64,000 nucleotides of DNA from an uncultured Actinomycetota bacterium (GTDB lineage Bacteria > Actinomycetota > Actinomycetes > Propionibacteriales > Nocardioidaceae): NCBI GenBank assembly GCA_963793315.1, contig CAWBZR010000006.1, positions 218,141 to 282,140 of the forward strand, in the 5' to 3' direction. The number at the start of each line of letters is the position of its first letter. The stretch's first letter is position 1. Below the pieces are notes generated by a model that was given only the letters and a program-made list of their open reading frames with translations, ran no database searches and was not told the DNA's origin. A program made the position numbers and the translations under genes. This document shows positions 23,181-34,831 of the stretch, piece by piece.

Positions 23181-24062
23181 TCAGGATCCGACCGTTGGAT
23201 TGCGGGGGAGTCGCGCGAACAGGACGGTGCGCTGGTCCTCTCCCTCGGCGCCCAGGACTCCTCCGTGCGCGACGACGAGCGCCCGCGCGATGAAGAGACC
23301 GAGGGTCACGCCCGTGGTGTCGTCGTTGGTGTCGAAGGGGTCGAACATCGCCCGGAGCGTCATCGGGTTGATCTGGACGCCGTCACGCACGATTCGGATC
23401 TCGAGCCACGGTCCGCGCTCGACCACGTCGATGGCGACCCGCTGGGGAGCCGGGTCGCGATGGGCGGCGCTCCACAGGTCGGCCAGAACGCGGCCGAGCA
23501 GCTTGGGGTCCGCCCGCGTGGTGAGGTGAGCGCCGCGCCGCACCCCGGGGCTCCCGGGGAGGTGCCCGGCGAGGCTGGCGACCGCCACCGTCTGGATGTC
23601 CACCGGCACCCGGCCCAAGGAGACGGCGGCCGCGAGCTCGACGTCGACGATGCGGTCGCCGAGGCGGGTCAGCGAGTCGAGGACCCGCTCTCGCGCCTCG
23701 GCGACCTGGTCATCTGGTACCTCGTCCGCGCAGAGCAGCATCGCCCACCCCCTGGCCGTGGCCAGGGGGGTGCGCAGCTCGTGGGCGAGCGCAGCCATGA
23801 ACCTGTCGCGCTGCCGGGCCTCGTCGGGGTCGGGCCGGTTCGTGATGGCGCCCGAGCCGGCGACCACGAAGTCGCGCACCCAGCGGTCGAGTAGGGACGG
23901 GTCCACGTCCCACTCCTCCGCCACGTGGTCGACCGGCCGGCCGGCCAGCACCGTGAGGACCATCGAGACGCGCGAGTCGTCGCGGGCCGGGCGGCTGGCG
24001 CGCACCAGCCTTGGTCGTGTTGCGCCCCCAGCTCGGATCACCTTGTCGTCTCCTTCCCTCAA
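23181..24062 (-). CDS. HTH-HisKA-degenerate HATPase protein
   Basis: N-terminal HTH (VDHVAEEWDVDPSLLDRWVRDF), H-box AHELRTPL, F-box MFDPF, LGLFIARALVVAHGG. Confidence 0.8.
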   Translation of the reverse strand: MREGDDKVIRAGGATRPRLVRASRPARDDSRVSMVLTVLAGRPVDHVAEEWDVDPSLLDRWVRDFVVAGSGAITNRPDPDEARQRDRFMAALAHELRTPLATARGWAMLLCADEVPDDQVAEARERVLDSLTRLGDRIVDVELAAAVSLGRVPVDIQTVAVASLAGHLPGSPGVRRGAHLTTRADPKLLGRVLADLWSAAHRDPAPQRVAIDVVERGPWLEIRIVRDGVQINPMTLRAMFDPFDTNDDTTGVTLGLFIARALVVAHGGVLGAEGEDQRTVLFARLPRNPTVGS

Positions 24063-24095
24063 CCGGACCAGCCACCGCTCTTGGGTCCAGTCCCC

Positions 24096-25068
24096 CTAAT
24101 AGGAGTAGCCCCACGCAGACGCGGCGCCGAAGGCATACGGCTGCGGGGGTGCGTCGCCCTTGTGGGCGGTGCAGAACGCGTCGCGGGGCGCCGTGGTGTT
24201 GAGGAAGGGGACGTAGGACTGGCTCGTCAGGATGCCCTGCGCGACGAGGTTCGCCTGCGTCTCGATGTTGGCGGAGACCAGGGCGCGGGCGGCAGCCGTG
24301 GGTGCGGAGACAAGGGCCTCGGCGTTGCGCCAGGCGTTCTCCCTCCACAGCGACACCATCTGGAACAGCGCGGCGTTGCCGATGCCGAAAGGGTCGCCGG
24401 TGTCGTCGATGGACGGGTCGAAGCGGGCCGCGAACTCCGCGATCAGCGGTGCGGTCGCCTCGTAGAGCCAGGCCTCGACGGCGTCGTAGTCGGCCTTCCG
24501 GGAGGATCCGTCCGGCGCCACGAGGCCGACGGCGGCCATGACGTAGGGCAGGTCGCGGTTGATGTGCGCGTTCATCCCGAGCAGCAGGTCGCCGGTGCCG
24601 CTGACGCGCTTGTTCTTGGCCGCGTCGAGTGCGGTGAGCCAGGACTGGGGGACCGCGGCGCGGTTGCCGGCGGCCCAGTCGTAGTAGGCCGTCGTGTAGT
24701 AGCGGGCGAAGACCGCGTCGACGTGGTTGAAGTAGGCCACGTCCTGGTAGTAGCCGGGGATCGCGCGGGTGTAGCCCGTAGAGCTGGGTCATCCGCACGT
24801 AGGCCCGGGCGAAGATCGCGTTGTGGCTGCAGCTGCTCGCCGTCTGGTCCGCGATCCGGCTCTGCTCCTTCAACGTGGCCTGGAGACAGGCGGGCCGGCC
24901 GGCGACGCAGTCGTTGTCGCTGCTCGGCACATACTGATCGGTCCAACCCGGCAGGTAGGACGACCATGGAACGTACGGCACCAGGTCCGCGCGCGCCGGG
25001 CCGGCCGTCATGGCGATGGCGACAGTGGCAACCACCGCGGCCGAAACAGCTCCCATCATTCTTCTCAT
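24096..25068 (-). CDS. Secreted DUF5995-like protein (frameshift near 24775)
   Basis: Signal peptide; FARAY and LLGMNAHINRDLP motifs. Confidence 0.8.
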
Positions 25069-25178
25069 GTGTCCCCTCCCACGCGGGAAGGTACTGCTCG
25101 CCGGGGGTCTCAGGTGGGCAGTTTGCGAAGACTGTTGTCAGCCAGTGGATTTGCGCCGGGTGGGCCTGACAACCGGTG

Positions 25179-28100
25179 TCAGGAGAGGACCAGCACCAGG
25201 TCTCCGCCGTCGACGGGCTGGGTGCCGGAGAGCGCGACCCGCTCGACGGTGCCGTCGACGGGCGCGGTGATCGAGGCCTCCATCTTCATCGCCTCGATGG
25301 TGGCGACGACGTCACCGGCGCTGACCTTGTCGCCCGCGGCCGACCACGATCGTGACGGCGCCCTGGAACGGCGCCGCGACGTGGCCGGGCTTGCGACGGG
25401 TCGGCCTTCTCGGCCGCGGCCACCTCGGAGGCAACCGCGCGGTCGCGGACGCTGATCGGCCGGAGCTGGCCGTTGATGGTGGCCATGACGTTGCGGTAGC
25501 CGCGCTCGTCGGGCTCGCTGATCGCCTGGAGCCCCAGGATGATCGTCTTGCCCTCCTCGAGGGTGACCTCGTGCTCCTCGCCGTACCGCAGGCCGTAGAG
25601 GTAGTCGATGGTCGGCAGCACCGAGACGTCGCCGAAGGTCTCGCGGGACTCGAGGAACTCCTTGGTCGGGCCGGGGAAGAGCAGCTCGTTGAGGGTCTCG
25701 CGACGGGTCCGCGAGCTGCCCTCGCGCGAGCGCCTCGGACTGCTCGGCGGTCACCTCGCTCGCCGACGGCTTCCAGGTGCGGCCCGCCAGCGCCTTGGTG
25801 CGGAACGGCTCGGGCCAGCCGCCCGGCGGGTCGCCGAGCTCGCCGTTGAGGAAGCCGATCACCGAGTCGGGGATGTCGAACCTCGCCGGGTCCTCGGCGA
25901 ACTCGGCCGGGTCGGCGCCGAGCCCGACCAGGGCCAGCGCGAGGTCGCCGACCACCTTCGAGGAGGGGGTCACCTTGGGGATGTGGCCGAGCACGTCGTT
26001 GGCGGCGGCGTACATCTCCTCGACCTGCTCGAACTTCTCGCCCAGCCCGAGGGCGATCGCCTGCTGGCGCAGGTTGGAGAGCTGGCCGCCGGGGATCTCG
26101 TGGCGGTAGACCCGGCCGGTGGGCGAGGGCAGCCCGGACTCGAACGGCGCGTAGACCCGGCGGACCGCCTCCCAGTAGGGCTCCATCGCGTTGACGGCGG
26201 CGAGCGACAGCCCGGTCTCGCGCGCGGAGTGGTCGGTCGCGCTGACCAGCGCCGAGAGCGGCGGCTGCGAGGTCGTGCCGGCCATCGACGCGCAGGCCGC
26301 GTCGACGGCGTCGACCCCGGCGTCGATGGCGGCGAGCAGCGTGCCGAGCTGGCCGCCGGGCGGTGTCGTGGGTGTGCAGGTGCACCGGGCAGGTCGAACC
26401 GCTCGCGCAGCGCGGTGACCAGGGTGCGCGCGGCCGGCGCGCGGAGCAGCCCGGCCATGTCCTTGATCGCCAGCACGTGCGCGCCGGCGGCGACGATCCG
26501 CTCGGCGAGCCGCAGGTAGTAGTCGAGGGTGTAGAGCTTCTCCTCGGGGCTGGAGAGGTCGCCGGTGTAGCAGAGCGCCACCTCGGCGACGGTGGTCCCG
26601 GTCTCGCGGACCGCCTCGATCGCGGGCCGCATCTGCTCGACGTCGTTGAGCGCGTCGAAGATGCGGAACACGTCGAGCCCGGTCTCGGCCGCCTCCCTGA
26701 CGAACGCCGTGGTGACCTCGGTCGGGTACGGCGTGTAGCCGACCGTGTTGCGGCCGCGCAGCAGCATCTGGAGGCAGACGTTCGGCACCGCCTGGCGCAG
26801 CGCCGGCGAGCCGCTCCCACGGGTCCTCGGAGAGGAAGCGCAGCGCGACGTCGTACGTCGCGCCGCCCCAGCACTCGAGCGACCAGAGCTGCGGCGTGCT
26901 GCGCGCCAGGTGGCCGGCGACCGCGAGGAGGTCCTTGCTGCGCACCCGGGTGGCGAGCAGCGACTGGTGGGCGTCGCGGAAGGTGGTGTCGGTGACCGCG
27001 ACGTCGTTCTGCTCGCGCAGCCGGCGCGCGAACGCCTCGGGGCCGAGCTCGAGCAGCAGCTGGCGGGTGCCGTCGGGGGCCGGGCACGTCGAGGGAGAGG
27101 CCCGAGGTCCACCGGGCAGCTTGGTGACGGGGTCGAGGGTCACCGGGCGCCGCGCCGTGCGGCTGGTTGACCGTCACGTCGGCGAGGTAGGTCATCAGCT
27201 TGGTGCCGCGGTCGCCGCTGGCGCGCGCCTTGAGCAGCTGCGGGTGGGTCTCGATGAAGCTGGTGGTGACCCGGCCGGCCCGGAAGTCGGGGTCGTCGAG
27301 GACCGCCTGCAGGAACGCGATGTTGGTCGTGACGCCGCGGATCCGGAACTCCGCGACCGCGCGGCGCGCCTTCGGCACGGCGTCCTCGAAGGTGCGGCCG
27401 CGGCAGGTGAGCTTGGAGAGCATCGAGTCGAAGTGCGCCGAGATCTCCGCGCCGGTGTACGTCGTACCGCCGTCGAGGCGGACGCCACCACCGCCGGGGG
27501 AGCGGTAGGTGGTGATCACGCCGGTGTCGGGGCGGAAGTTGTTGGCCGGGTCCTCGGTGGTGATCCGGCACTGCAGCGCGGCGCCGCGGACCTGGATGCC
27601 GCTCCTGGCTGAGCCCGAGGTCGGCCAGGGTCTCGCCGGACGCGATCCGGAGCTGGGCCTGGACCAGGTCGACGTCGGTGATCTCCTCGGTGACCGTGTG
27701 CTCGACCTGGATCCGCGGGTTCATCTCGATGAAGACGTAGCTGCCGTCCGGGGCCAGCAGGAACTCGACCGTGCCCGCGTTGCGGTAGCCGATCTCGGTG
27801 GCGAACCGGACCGCGTCGGCGCACATCCGCGTCCCGCAGCTCGGGGTCGAGGTGCGGCGCCGGGGCGATCTCGATGACCTTCTGGTGGCGGCGCTGCACG
27901 GAGCAGTCGCGCTCGTAGAGGTGGATCACGTTGCCCTCGCCGTCGGCGAGGATCTGGACCTCGATGTGGCGCGGGTCGACGACGGCCTGCTCGATGAAGA
28001 CCGTCGGGTCGCCGAAGGCGCCCTCGGCCTCGCGCATGCAGGTCTCGACCGCCTCGCGGAGGTGGTCGTTGTCCGGGCCGGGGGCGTCCACCCTCCGCAT

Positions 28101-28601
28101 GCCGCGACCGCCACCGCCCGCGACCGCCTTCACGAACAGCGGGTAGGGCAGCTCGCTCGGCCGCCTCGACCAGCGCGTCCGGGTCGGTGCTCGGCTCGAC
28201 GCTGGCAGGGTCGGCACGCCGGCCGCCTTCGCCGCGGCGATCGCCCGCGCCTTGTTGCCGGTCAGCGTCAGCACCTCGCTGGTCGGCCCGATGAAGGTGA
28301 TGCCGGCGTTCGCGCACGCCTCGGCCAGCGCCGGGTTCTCGCTCAGGAAGCCGTAGCCCGGGTAGACGGCGTCCGCCCCGGCCCGCACGGCCACCGCCAC
28401 GATCGCGTCGGGGTCGAGATAGGCGCGCACCGGGTGCCCGCGCTCACCGATCTCGTAGGCCTCGTCCGCCTTGAGCCGGTGCTCCGACCAGCGGTCCTCG
28501 TGCGGGAACACCGCCACCGTCCGGGCGCCCACCTCGTAGGCGGCCCGGAACGCGCGGATCGCGATCTCGCCGCGGTTGGCGACGAGCACCTTCGAGAACA
28601 T
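25179..28601 (-). CDS. pyc: Pyruvate carboxylase (many frameshifts)
   Basis: BC domain [13 protein letters not shown] domain [15 protein letters not shown] and WGGATYD, biotin site EAMKME. Confidence 0.95.
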
Positions 28602-28688
28602 GCGCTGCCAACGATACAAAGCCGGCGGCCCGGGTCGCCCGAGCGCACGGTCCGTGGACGCGAGCCGGCGCGGTGCGGCGTGCTCGGC

Positions 28689-31147
28689 TCAGCCAGGGCA
28701 CGACCTGGACCGACAGGCGGCCCGGCGCGAGGTACTCGGCCTCGAGGACGTGCGGCTCCAGCGGCCGCGCCAGGAGGAAGCCCTGCGCCTGGTCCACCTC
28801 GGCGCTCGCGCAGGATGTCCATCTCCTCGGCGTTCTCCACGCCTTCCGCGAGGGTGGAGAGCCCCAGGCTCCTGGCCCAGCTGGACCAGGGTGTCGACCA
28901 GTGCCCGCGACTCCGGCTGAGCCGTTGACGGCGCGTGGTGAACATCCGGTCGATCTTGAGGCAGTCGACCGGGAACTGGCGCAGGTAGGCCAGGGAGGAG
29001 TAGCCGGTCCCGAAGTCGTCGATGGCGATCCGCACGCCCAGCGCCTTGATGGCGTGCAGCCGCTCGCGCGACGACCTCGTCGACGCTGTGCATGAGGCGC
29101 TCTCGGTGACCTCGATGATCGAGCGCGGCCGGGGCCAGGCCGCTGAGCTGCAGCGCCTCGCGGATGTCGTCCGACGATCGCAGTCGTGCTCGAGCTGGCG
29201 CACCGAGACGTTGACGGAGACCGTGAGCCAGGGCGTCGCCAGCCGCGTGCCACGAGGCCATGTGGTGGCAGGCCTCGTGCAGCACCCATCGCCCGACGTC
29301 CCCGATGGCTCCGGTCTCCTCGAGGATCGGGATGAACTCGTCGGGGGAGATCTCGCCCAGGGTCGGGTGGTCCCAGCGCAGCAGCGCCTCGACGCCGATC
29401 GATGCTGAGGTCGTCGAGGTCGGTAGATCGGCTGGTAGACGAGCCGGTACTGGTCGCCGGTCGAGGGCCGAGCGGAGGTCGAACTCGAGGTCGTTGCGCC
29501 GGCTGGTGGTCGGTCTGCATCGCGGAGTCGAAGATCTCGTAGCAGCCCTTGCCCGCGGCCTTGGCCTGGTAGAGCGCGACGTCGGCGTCGCGGAGCAGGT
29601 CGCTCGGCGCTCGCGCGGTCTCCGCTCGCGATACCGATGCTGACGTGACGGTCATCGGCAGCGGCGAGTCAGTAGAGCTCGAAGGGCTGGTTCAGCACGT
29701 CGAGCAGCCGCTCCGCGACCAGTTCGGGCGCGACGTCCAGCGGCGTTGCCGTCGAGCAGCACCACGAACTCGTCACCGCCCATCCGGCCGATCGTGTCGC
29801 CGCCGCGCAGGGCTGCTCGCCAGCCGGGCGGCGACCGCGATGAGGAGCTGGTCACCCGCCCCGTGGCCGAGGGTGTCGTTGATGTTCTTGAAGTCGTCGA
29901 GGTCCAGGAACAGGGCCGCGCCGAGGGCGTGGTTGCGACGGTTCCGCTCGAGCATCTGCTCGGCCCGGTCGAGGACCAGGCGCCCGGTTGGGCAGCCCGG
30001 TCAATGCGTCGTGCAGGGCCTGGTGGTGAAGCTCGCCTGGTGCGGTCGTCGAGCTGCCGCGGGCGCGCTCCCGACCGGTGCCGAGCAGGAAGACGAGCAG
30101 CCCGAGGAGCGAGGCTGACCGCGATGCCGGTCAGGAGCAGGCGGAGCGCGACGCCATTGAGGATGCCGCCGGTCTCGACCACGGCCGAGGTGTGCACCAT
30201 CCAGCCGTCACTGCAAGTCGACTCACCGTCTCGGCGCCTCGTGCTGGTGTCGCCGTACGGGAACGACGCATCGGACCCGTACTCCTGGTAGTGCAGCCTC
30301 CACGGCCATCCCGGGCTCGTCGCGCACCGCGCGCTCGAGCAGCACGGTCGGGTCGAGCTGGGTGACGACCCACCCGGCGAACGCCGCCCGCCGGTCCGCC
30401 ACGGTGATGGGCGCCGTGGCGCCGTGGTAGATCGGGCGTCAGCACCGAGCCAGCCAGGTCTGGCCATCGGCGGGGTACGGCAGGTAGAGCCCGCGACCGG
30501 TGTCGCGGGTCCCGAGCAGGACGAGCTTGATCAGGGGATCGGCGCAGTAGTCGATGCCGGCGGGAACGACGTCGATCCCGTCGCCGATGGACGCGGCGGC
30601 CACGAGGCAGTAGACGGACCGGTCACCCGGCGGGCTCGACGTGGAAGGTCCCGTCCGGCGCCAGCAGTGGCCCGGCCGGGTCGGCCTCCGCCTCGGCCGC
30701 GAACGCGCGGCAGGTCTGCCTCAGGTGACCAGGTCCAGCACGGCCAGCCCGCCGATCTCCGGGTGGCGGTGCGGACACCCTGCGCCGCCTGTGCCCAGTC
30801 CTGGAAGGACGGTGCGGGTCAGGTCCGTGGCCGTGGCCAGCCCGCCGGCGTCCACGACCAGTGTCGTCGTCGTGCTGGATCGCCAGCTGGAGCGTCGAGG
30901 CCACATCGGCGGACCGATGCTGCGAGCGCTTGTGCTCACGGTCGGTCTGGTTGTCCGCACGGCGTGCGCGGCGAGGATCGACCAACGGTGCCGGTGAGGA
31001 CGAGGACGCCCGCCGCCACGGTCCAGGCCAGGTAGCGCCGGGAATGGCCGGGCGCTCGACGTTCGGGTCGCGAGGCGGGCTCGTCGATGCCGCTCGCCTG
31101 CGGCGCGGCGCCCGCGCGTGGCCCACTGTGCTCACGCGAGGCCTCAT
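28689..31147 (-). pseudogene. Sensor (CHASE-like)-GGDEF-EAL protein, heavily frameshifted
   Basis: Fragments FLDLDDFKNINDTLGHGAGD, RMGGDEF, EALLRW, IAIDDFGTGYSSL and AEGVE in different frames; may be an intact gene in poorly polished sequence. Confidence 0.8.
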
Positions 31148-31213
31148 CGGCCGTTCGTCCCGCGCGCGTTAAGGAAACGGCTCCGAAATAGCCGGGAAGA
31201 GCCCCGACGTCGG

Positions 31214-31378
31214 TCAGGCGGCGGAGACGTCAGCTCGGCGGCTCGGCCACGACCGGCGCTCGCGGTGCCGCAGCGCACGCACGGCGGTGAGCACGCTGGT
31301 CGCGACCACGCCGATGAAGCCGACGATGGCGAAGAGCGCGATGATGGCGACGCCGATCCAGCTCACGAACTCGACCAT
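31214..31378 (-). CDS. Small membrane protein (54 aa, absent from ORF track)
   Basis: MVEFVSWIGVAIIALFAIVGFIGVVATSVLTAVRALRHRERRSWPSRRADVSAA; TAGCCT -10 just upstream. Confidence 0.6.
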   Translation of the reverse strand: MVEFVSWIGVAIIALFAIVGFIGVVATSVLTAVRALRHRERRSWPSRRADVSAA

Positions 31379-31387
31379 GAGGTCAGG

Positions 31388-32930
31388 CTAGGCACCCTGG
31401 GAGCGGCTTCGCAGGCGAATCGCCGAACTCACCGGACGCGTCGGATCAGCCCGGAACTGGGCGATCAGGTCCGGCAGCGCCTCGTGGGCGACCCGGACCG
31501 CCTCGCGCTCGGGTACGTCGAGCACGTGCACCGCCTGGTTGCCGCCCGCCATGGTGGCGACGAGCGTGGTGAGGCCGGCGCGGCGCTGGAACCAGGTGGC
31601 CCGGAGGTTCCAGCCGATGACGTGGTCGACCTCGAGGATCCGGCGCCGGCGCACCAGGGAGCCCGGAGCGGGCGACCAGGTAGCCGGCGACCAGGGCGTG
31701 GCCGAGGGAGCGGGTGCGGTCCCAGGCGAGCAGGGCCGCGACGGGGAGCGCCAGCAGCCCGAGCAGCAGCCACGTCGGGGCGTCGGCCAGACCGCCACCG
31801 GCTGCGACGGCGGCGGCGGCACGAGGGCGGGCAGCAGCGCGCGGGTCCAGCGGCGGCGGGCCGCCCGGGGGCCGTGCGCGGTCAGGGGCGCCTCGACCGG
31901 TACGAGGTGTCGAGCACCTCGCCGGCCACCCGCTCGACGACCCGGCGCGGGGCGCGGTGGGACCAGCGCGGAGCTGCCCTGCTGGCTCCGGTCGAGGCCG
32001 GTGACGATCGCGGAGAGCCGGGCGCCGCGGGCCAGCCGTAGCCCGAGCGGCTCGGAGAGGTTGACGCCGGCGACCCGGTCGTCGTCGAGCGTGGTCTCAC
32101 GGGTGGTGAACAGGCCGCGGGTCAGGTGCCAGGTCGAGCCGCCCCGGCTCCGGGTGAGGCGGAACCCCCAGTTCGTGACGGCGTACCCGCCGATCGAGAG
32201 CAGCGAGATGACGACCAGGACGCCGAGCACGAGCAGCGGGACCAGGACGGCGAGCGGGACGCCGGGCACGTCGACGTTGTCCGGGGTTGAACCGCTCCCA
32301 GAAGCCGACCGTCTGCAGCAGCTGGCTGCCGGCACCGAGCGCGGCGGCGGCGATGACGACGCCGCTGCCGGTCAGCGGCGCGTAGCGCAGCCAGGCCGGG
32401 TCGAAGGTCACGACGCTCGGTGCCGGCGGCCCGCACGGCCTCCGGTCGTCGTCGGCGGTCGAGGTCTGCAGCAGCTCGGCGCGCAGGGCCCGGGCGCGGT
32501 CGAGCGGCAGCCCGTCGAGGTCGATGCGGTCCTCGTCGCTGGTCGAGGCGGTGCCCGTGCCGATCCGCACCTTGGTCAGCCCGAGCAGCCGATGGATCGG
32601 GGAGGAGGTCAGGTCGACGGTGCGGACCCGGTCGACCGGCGTCGAGAGCACGTGCCGGTTGAGCAGCCCGCGCTTGAGCTCGATCCGGCCGCCGCTGATC
32701 CGGAAGCTGGTCGTCAGGTAGCGCATCAGGCCGAGCGCGACCGGGATGCCGACACCGATCAGCTGCCACTGCTCGCCGCCGGCGGCGGTGCTGCCGAGGA
32801 CCACGACGATGATGACCGGGCAGGAAGCGCAGCACCTCGCGGATCGGGTGCACGAGCAGCATCCGCGGGTCCAGCCGCTGCCACTCGGCGTCCCGGGCGA
32901 GCTCGGGGGCCCTCGGTCAGTGGCCGTCAT
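31388..32930 (-). CDS. bPH_2 (YdbT-like) membrane protein (frameshifts)
   Basis: WQRLDPRMLLV, RGLLNR, RLLGLTKVRIGT and QRRAGLTTL repeats. Confidence 0.85.
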
Positions 32931-33419
32931 GTGGCGTCGCCCTCGACGGCGTCCGCCTTGATCGTGAGCTCGTCGACCAGCCGACGGGCGACGTCCTTGT
33001 CGAGGCCGGAGATCTCGAGCGCCCCGGCCGCGGACGCGGTGGTCACGGTGACCGTGGCCAGCCCGAACAGCCGCGCGATCGCGCCCTCGACGTGGTCGAC
33101 GGTCTGGATCCGCGACATCGGCGCGATCCGCCGTTCGCGCGTCCACCAGCCGGTCTGGGTGTAGACCGCCGTGTCGGTGACCTCCCAGCGGTGCACCAGG
33201 TAGCGCCAGCTCGGCACCACGGCGACGTACGACCGCCAGGGCGAGGATCCACAGCAGCCACGCCCACCACGGCACGTCCATCAGGTCGACCGGCCCGACC
33301 AGCACGACCGGGACCACGGACAGCACCACCGCCTGGACGACGGCCTCGGCGGTCCACATCAGCCGGGCGCGCGGGCTGACCCGCTGGCTGGGCTCGCGCA
33401 GGGAGCGGGGCGAGTCCAT
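32927..33419 (-). CDS. bPH_2 (YdbS-like) membrane protein (frameshift)
   Basis: RIAPMSRIQTVD and RLFGLATVTVTTAS motifs; ATGA overlap with the downstream gene. Confidence 0.88.
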
Positions 33420-33471
33420 GGCCTCGAACCTACCGGCGAACCACACGCCGACCGGCGGCATCACACCCCTC

Positions 33472-34743
33472 ATGCGAACGATCCTCACGACCGCACTCAC
33501 CGCCGCGCTGGTCTGGGCGCCCTCGACGCCTGCCGCGGCCGCGCCACCGCCTCGCTGCCACGGGCAGGTCGCCACCATCGTGGGCACGGCCGGCGACGAT
33601 CGCCTGGTCGGCACCGCTGGGCGCGACGTCATCGTCGGTCTCGGCGGCGCGGACCGGATCGCGGGCCTGGGCGGCGACGACGTGATCTGCGGAGGCGCGA
33701 ACGTCGGTCGTGACGGTCATCAGGTCCGTGGTGACGACATCGATGGCGGCCCCGGCAGCGACTACATCGACCCCGGCCGGGACCGACGCCCGGTGGGGCC
33801 TCGTGGCGCCGGCGACATCCTGCGTTACTCACATGCCGACTCCGGGGTGCGTGTCGACCTCTCCTCAGGCACCGGCACCGTCGTCGACGGTCCCGACACC
33901 GACCGGATCCGCGTGGCCGAGGGCCTGATGGTGCTGGGCAGCCAGTACGACGACGTCATCATCGGCTCGCGGTTCGACGACGACCTGGAGGGCAACAAGG
34001 GCGCCGACCGGCTGCGCGGTGGGCGCGGGGACGACGGCATCGACGAGTTCACCGGCTTCCTCTCGCGCGACGACCGGCAAGCTGACCACAAGAGCGGCGG
34101 GCCCGGGGACGACAGCATCCAGGCCAACGGCGGGGCCGACGTGCTCAGCGGCCGCGCGGGAGACGACCTTCTCTACGAGCAGAGCTACGGCATGGCGGCG
34201 ACCATGCGGGGCGGCTCCGGCAACGACGACCTGTGGGGGTGGTACGACGGCGACGTGGCCCGAACCCTCGACGGAGGCAGGGGCGTCGACCTTCTCGAGG
34301 TCGACAACATCGACCCCTACGACCCGGATGGGGTGCAGCTCGTCGTCGACGCCGGCGCCGGCCAGGTCCACAGCTCGGTGACCACGCAGGCGGTGCTGAC
34401 CGTGACCCGTGTGGAGCGTTGGCGGCTGCTGCCGGAGCAGCACGTGGTCTTCCTCGGCACCGCCGGTCGCGACTGGGTCGACGCCAGGATCGTGGACGGA
34501 CTCTCCGCGCAGACCTTCGCCGGCGACGACGTGATCCGCGGCTCCGACGGACGCGACACCCTCGACGCCGGCGACGGGACGGACCGGATCGACGGCCGCC
34601 TCGGCAGGGACCGCTGTGTCGGCGGCGAGGTGGTACGTAGGTGCGAGAGCGCCGATCGAGTCGGACGGCGGGCTGCGGTGGTGTCGCAGCCGCTCAACGG
34701 ACAACCAGTACGACGCTCGCGCCTGCGCCTGGCCACGCCCTAG
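33472..34743 (+). CDS. Secreted RTX/hemolysin-type calcium-binding repeat protein
   Basis: Signal peptide, ATIVGT, many GGxGxD repeats. Confidence 0.88.
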   Translation: MRTILTTALTAALVWAPSTPAAAAPPPRCHGQVATIVGTAGDDRLVGTAGRDVIVGLGGADRIAGLGGDDVICGGANVGRDGHQVRGDDIDGGPGSDYIDPGRDRRPVGPRGAGDILRYSHADSGVRVDLSSGTGTVVDGPDTDRIRVAEGLMVLGSQYDDVIIGSRFDDDLEGNKGADRLRGGRGDDGIDEFTGFLSRDDRQADHKSGGPGDDSIQANGGADVLSGRAGDDLLYEQSYGMAATMRGGSGNDDLWGWYDGDVARTLDGGRGVDLLEVDNIDPYDPDGVQLVVDAGAGQVHSSVTTQAVLTVTRVERWRLLPEQHVVFLGTAGRDWVDARIVDGLSAQTFAGDDVIRGSDGRDTLDAGDGTDRIDGRLGRDRCVGGEVVRRCESADRVGRRAAVVSQPLNGQPVRRSRLRLATP

Positions 34744-34780
34744 TGACGCTCAGCTCGCCGGCCATCGTTGGATCGAGGCT
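34683..34780 (+). mobile_element. MITE-like family C, partial copy 2
   Basis: About 50-bp exact match (TCGCAGCCGCTCAACGGACAACCAGTACGACGCTCGCGCCTGCGCCTGGCCA) to the reverse complement of the 53.4-kb copy, plus a degenerate right end. Confidence 0.75.
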
Positions 34781-34831
34781 CAGCCGCGGGGCTTGCTCAA
34801 CCTGCGTGCGCCCACGCAGCGGGCTCGTCCC

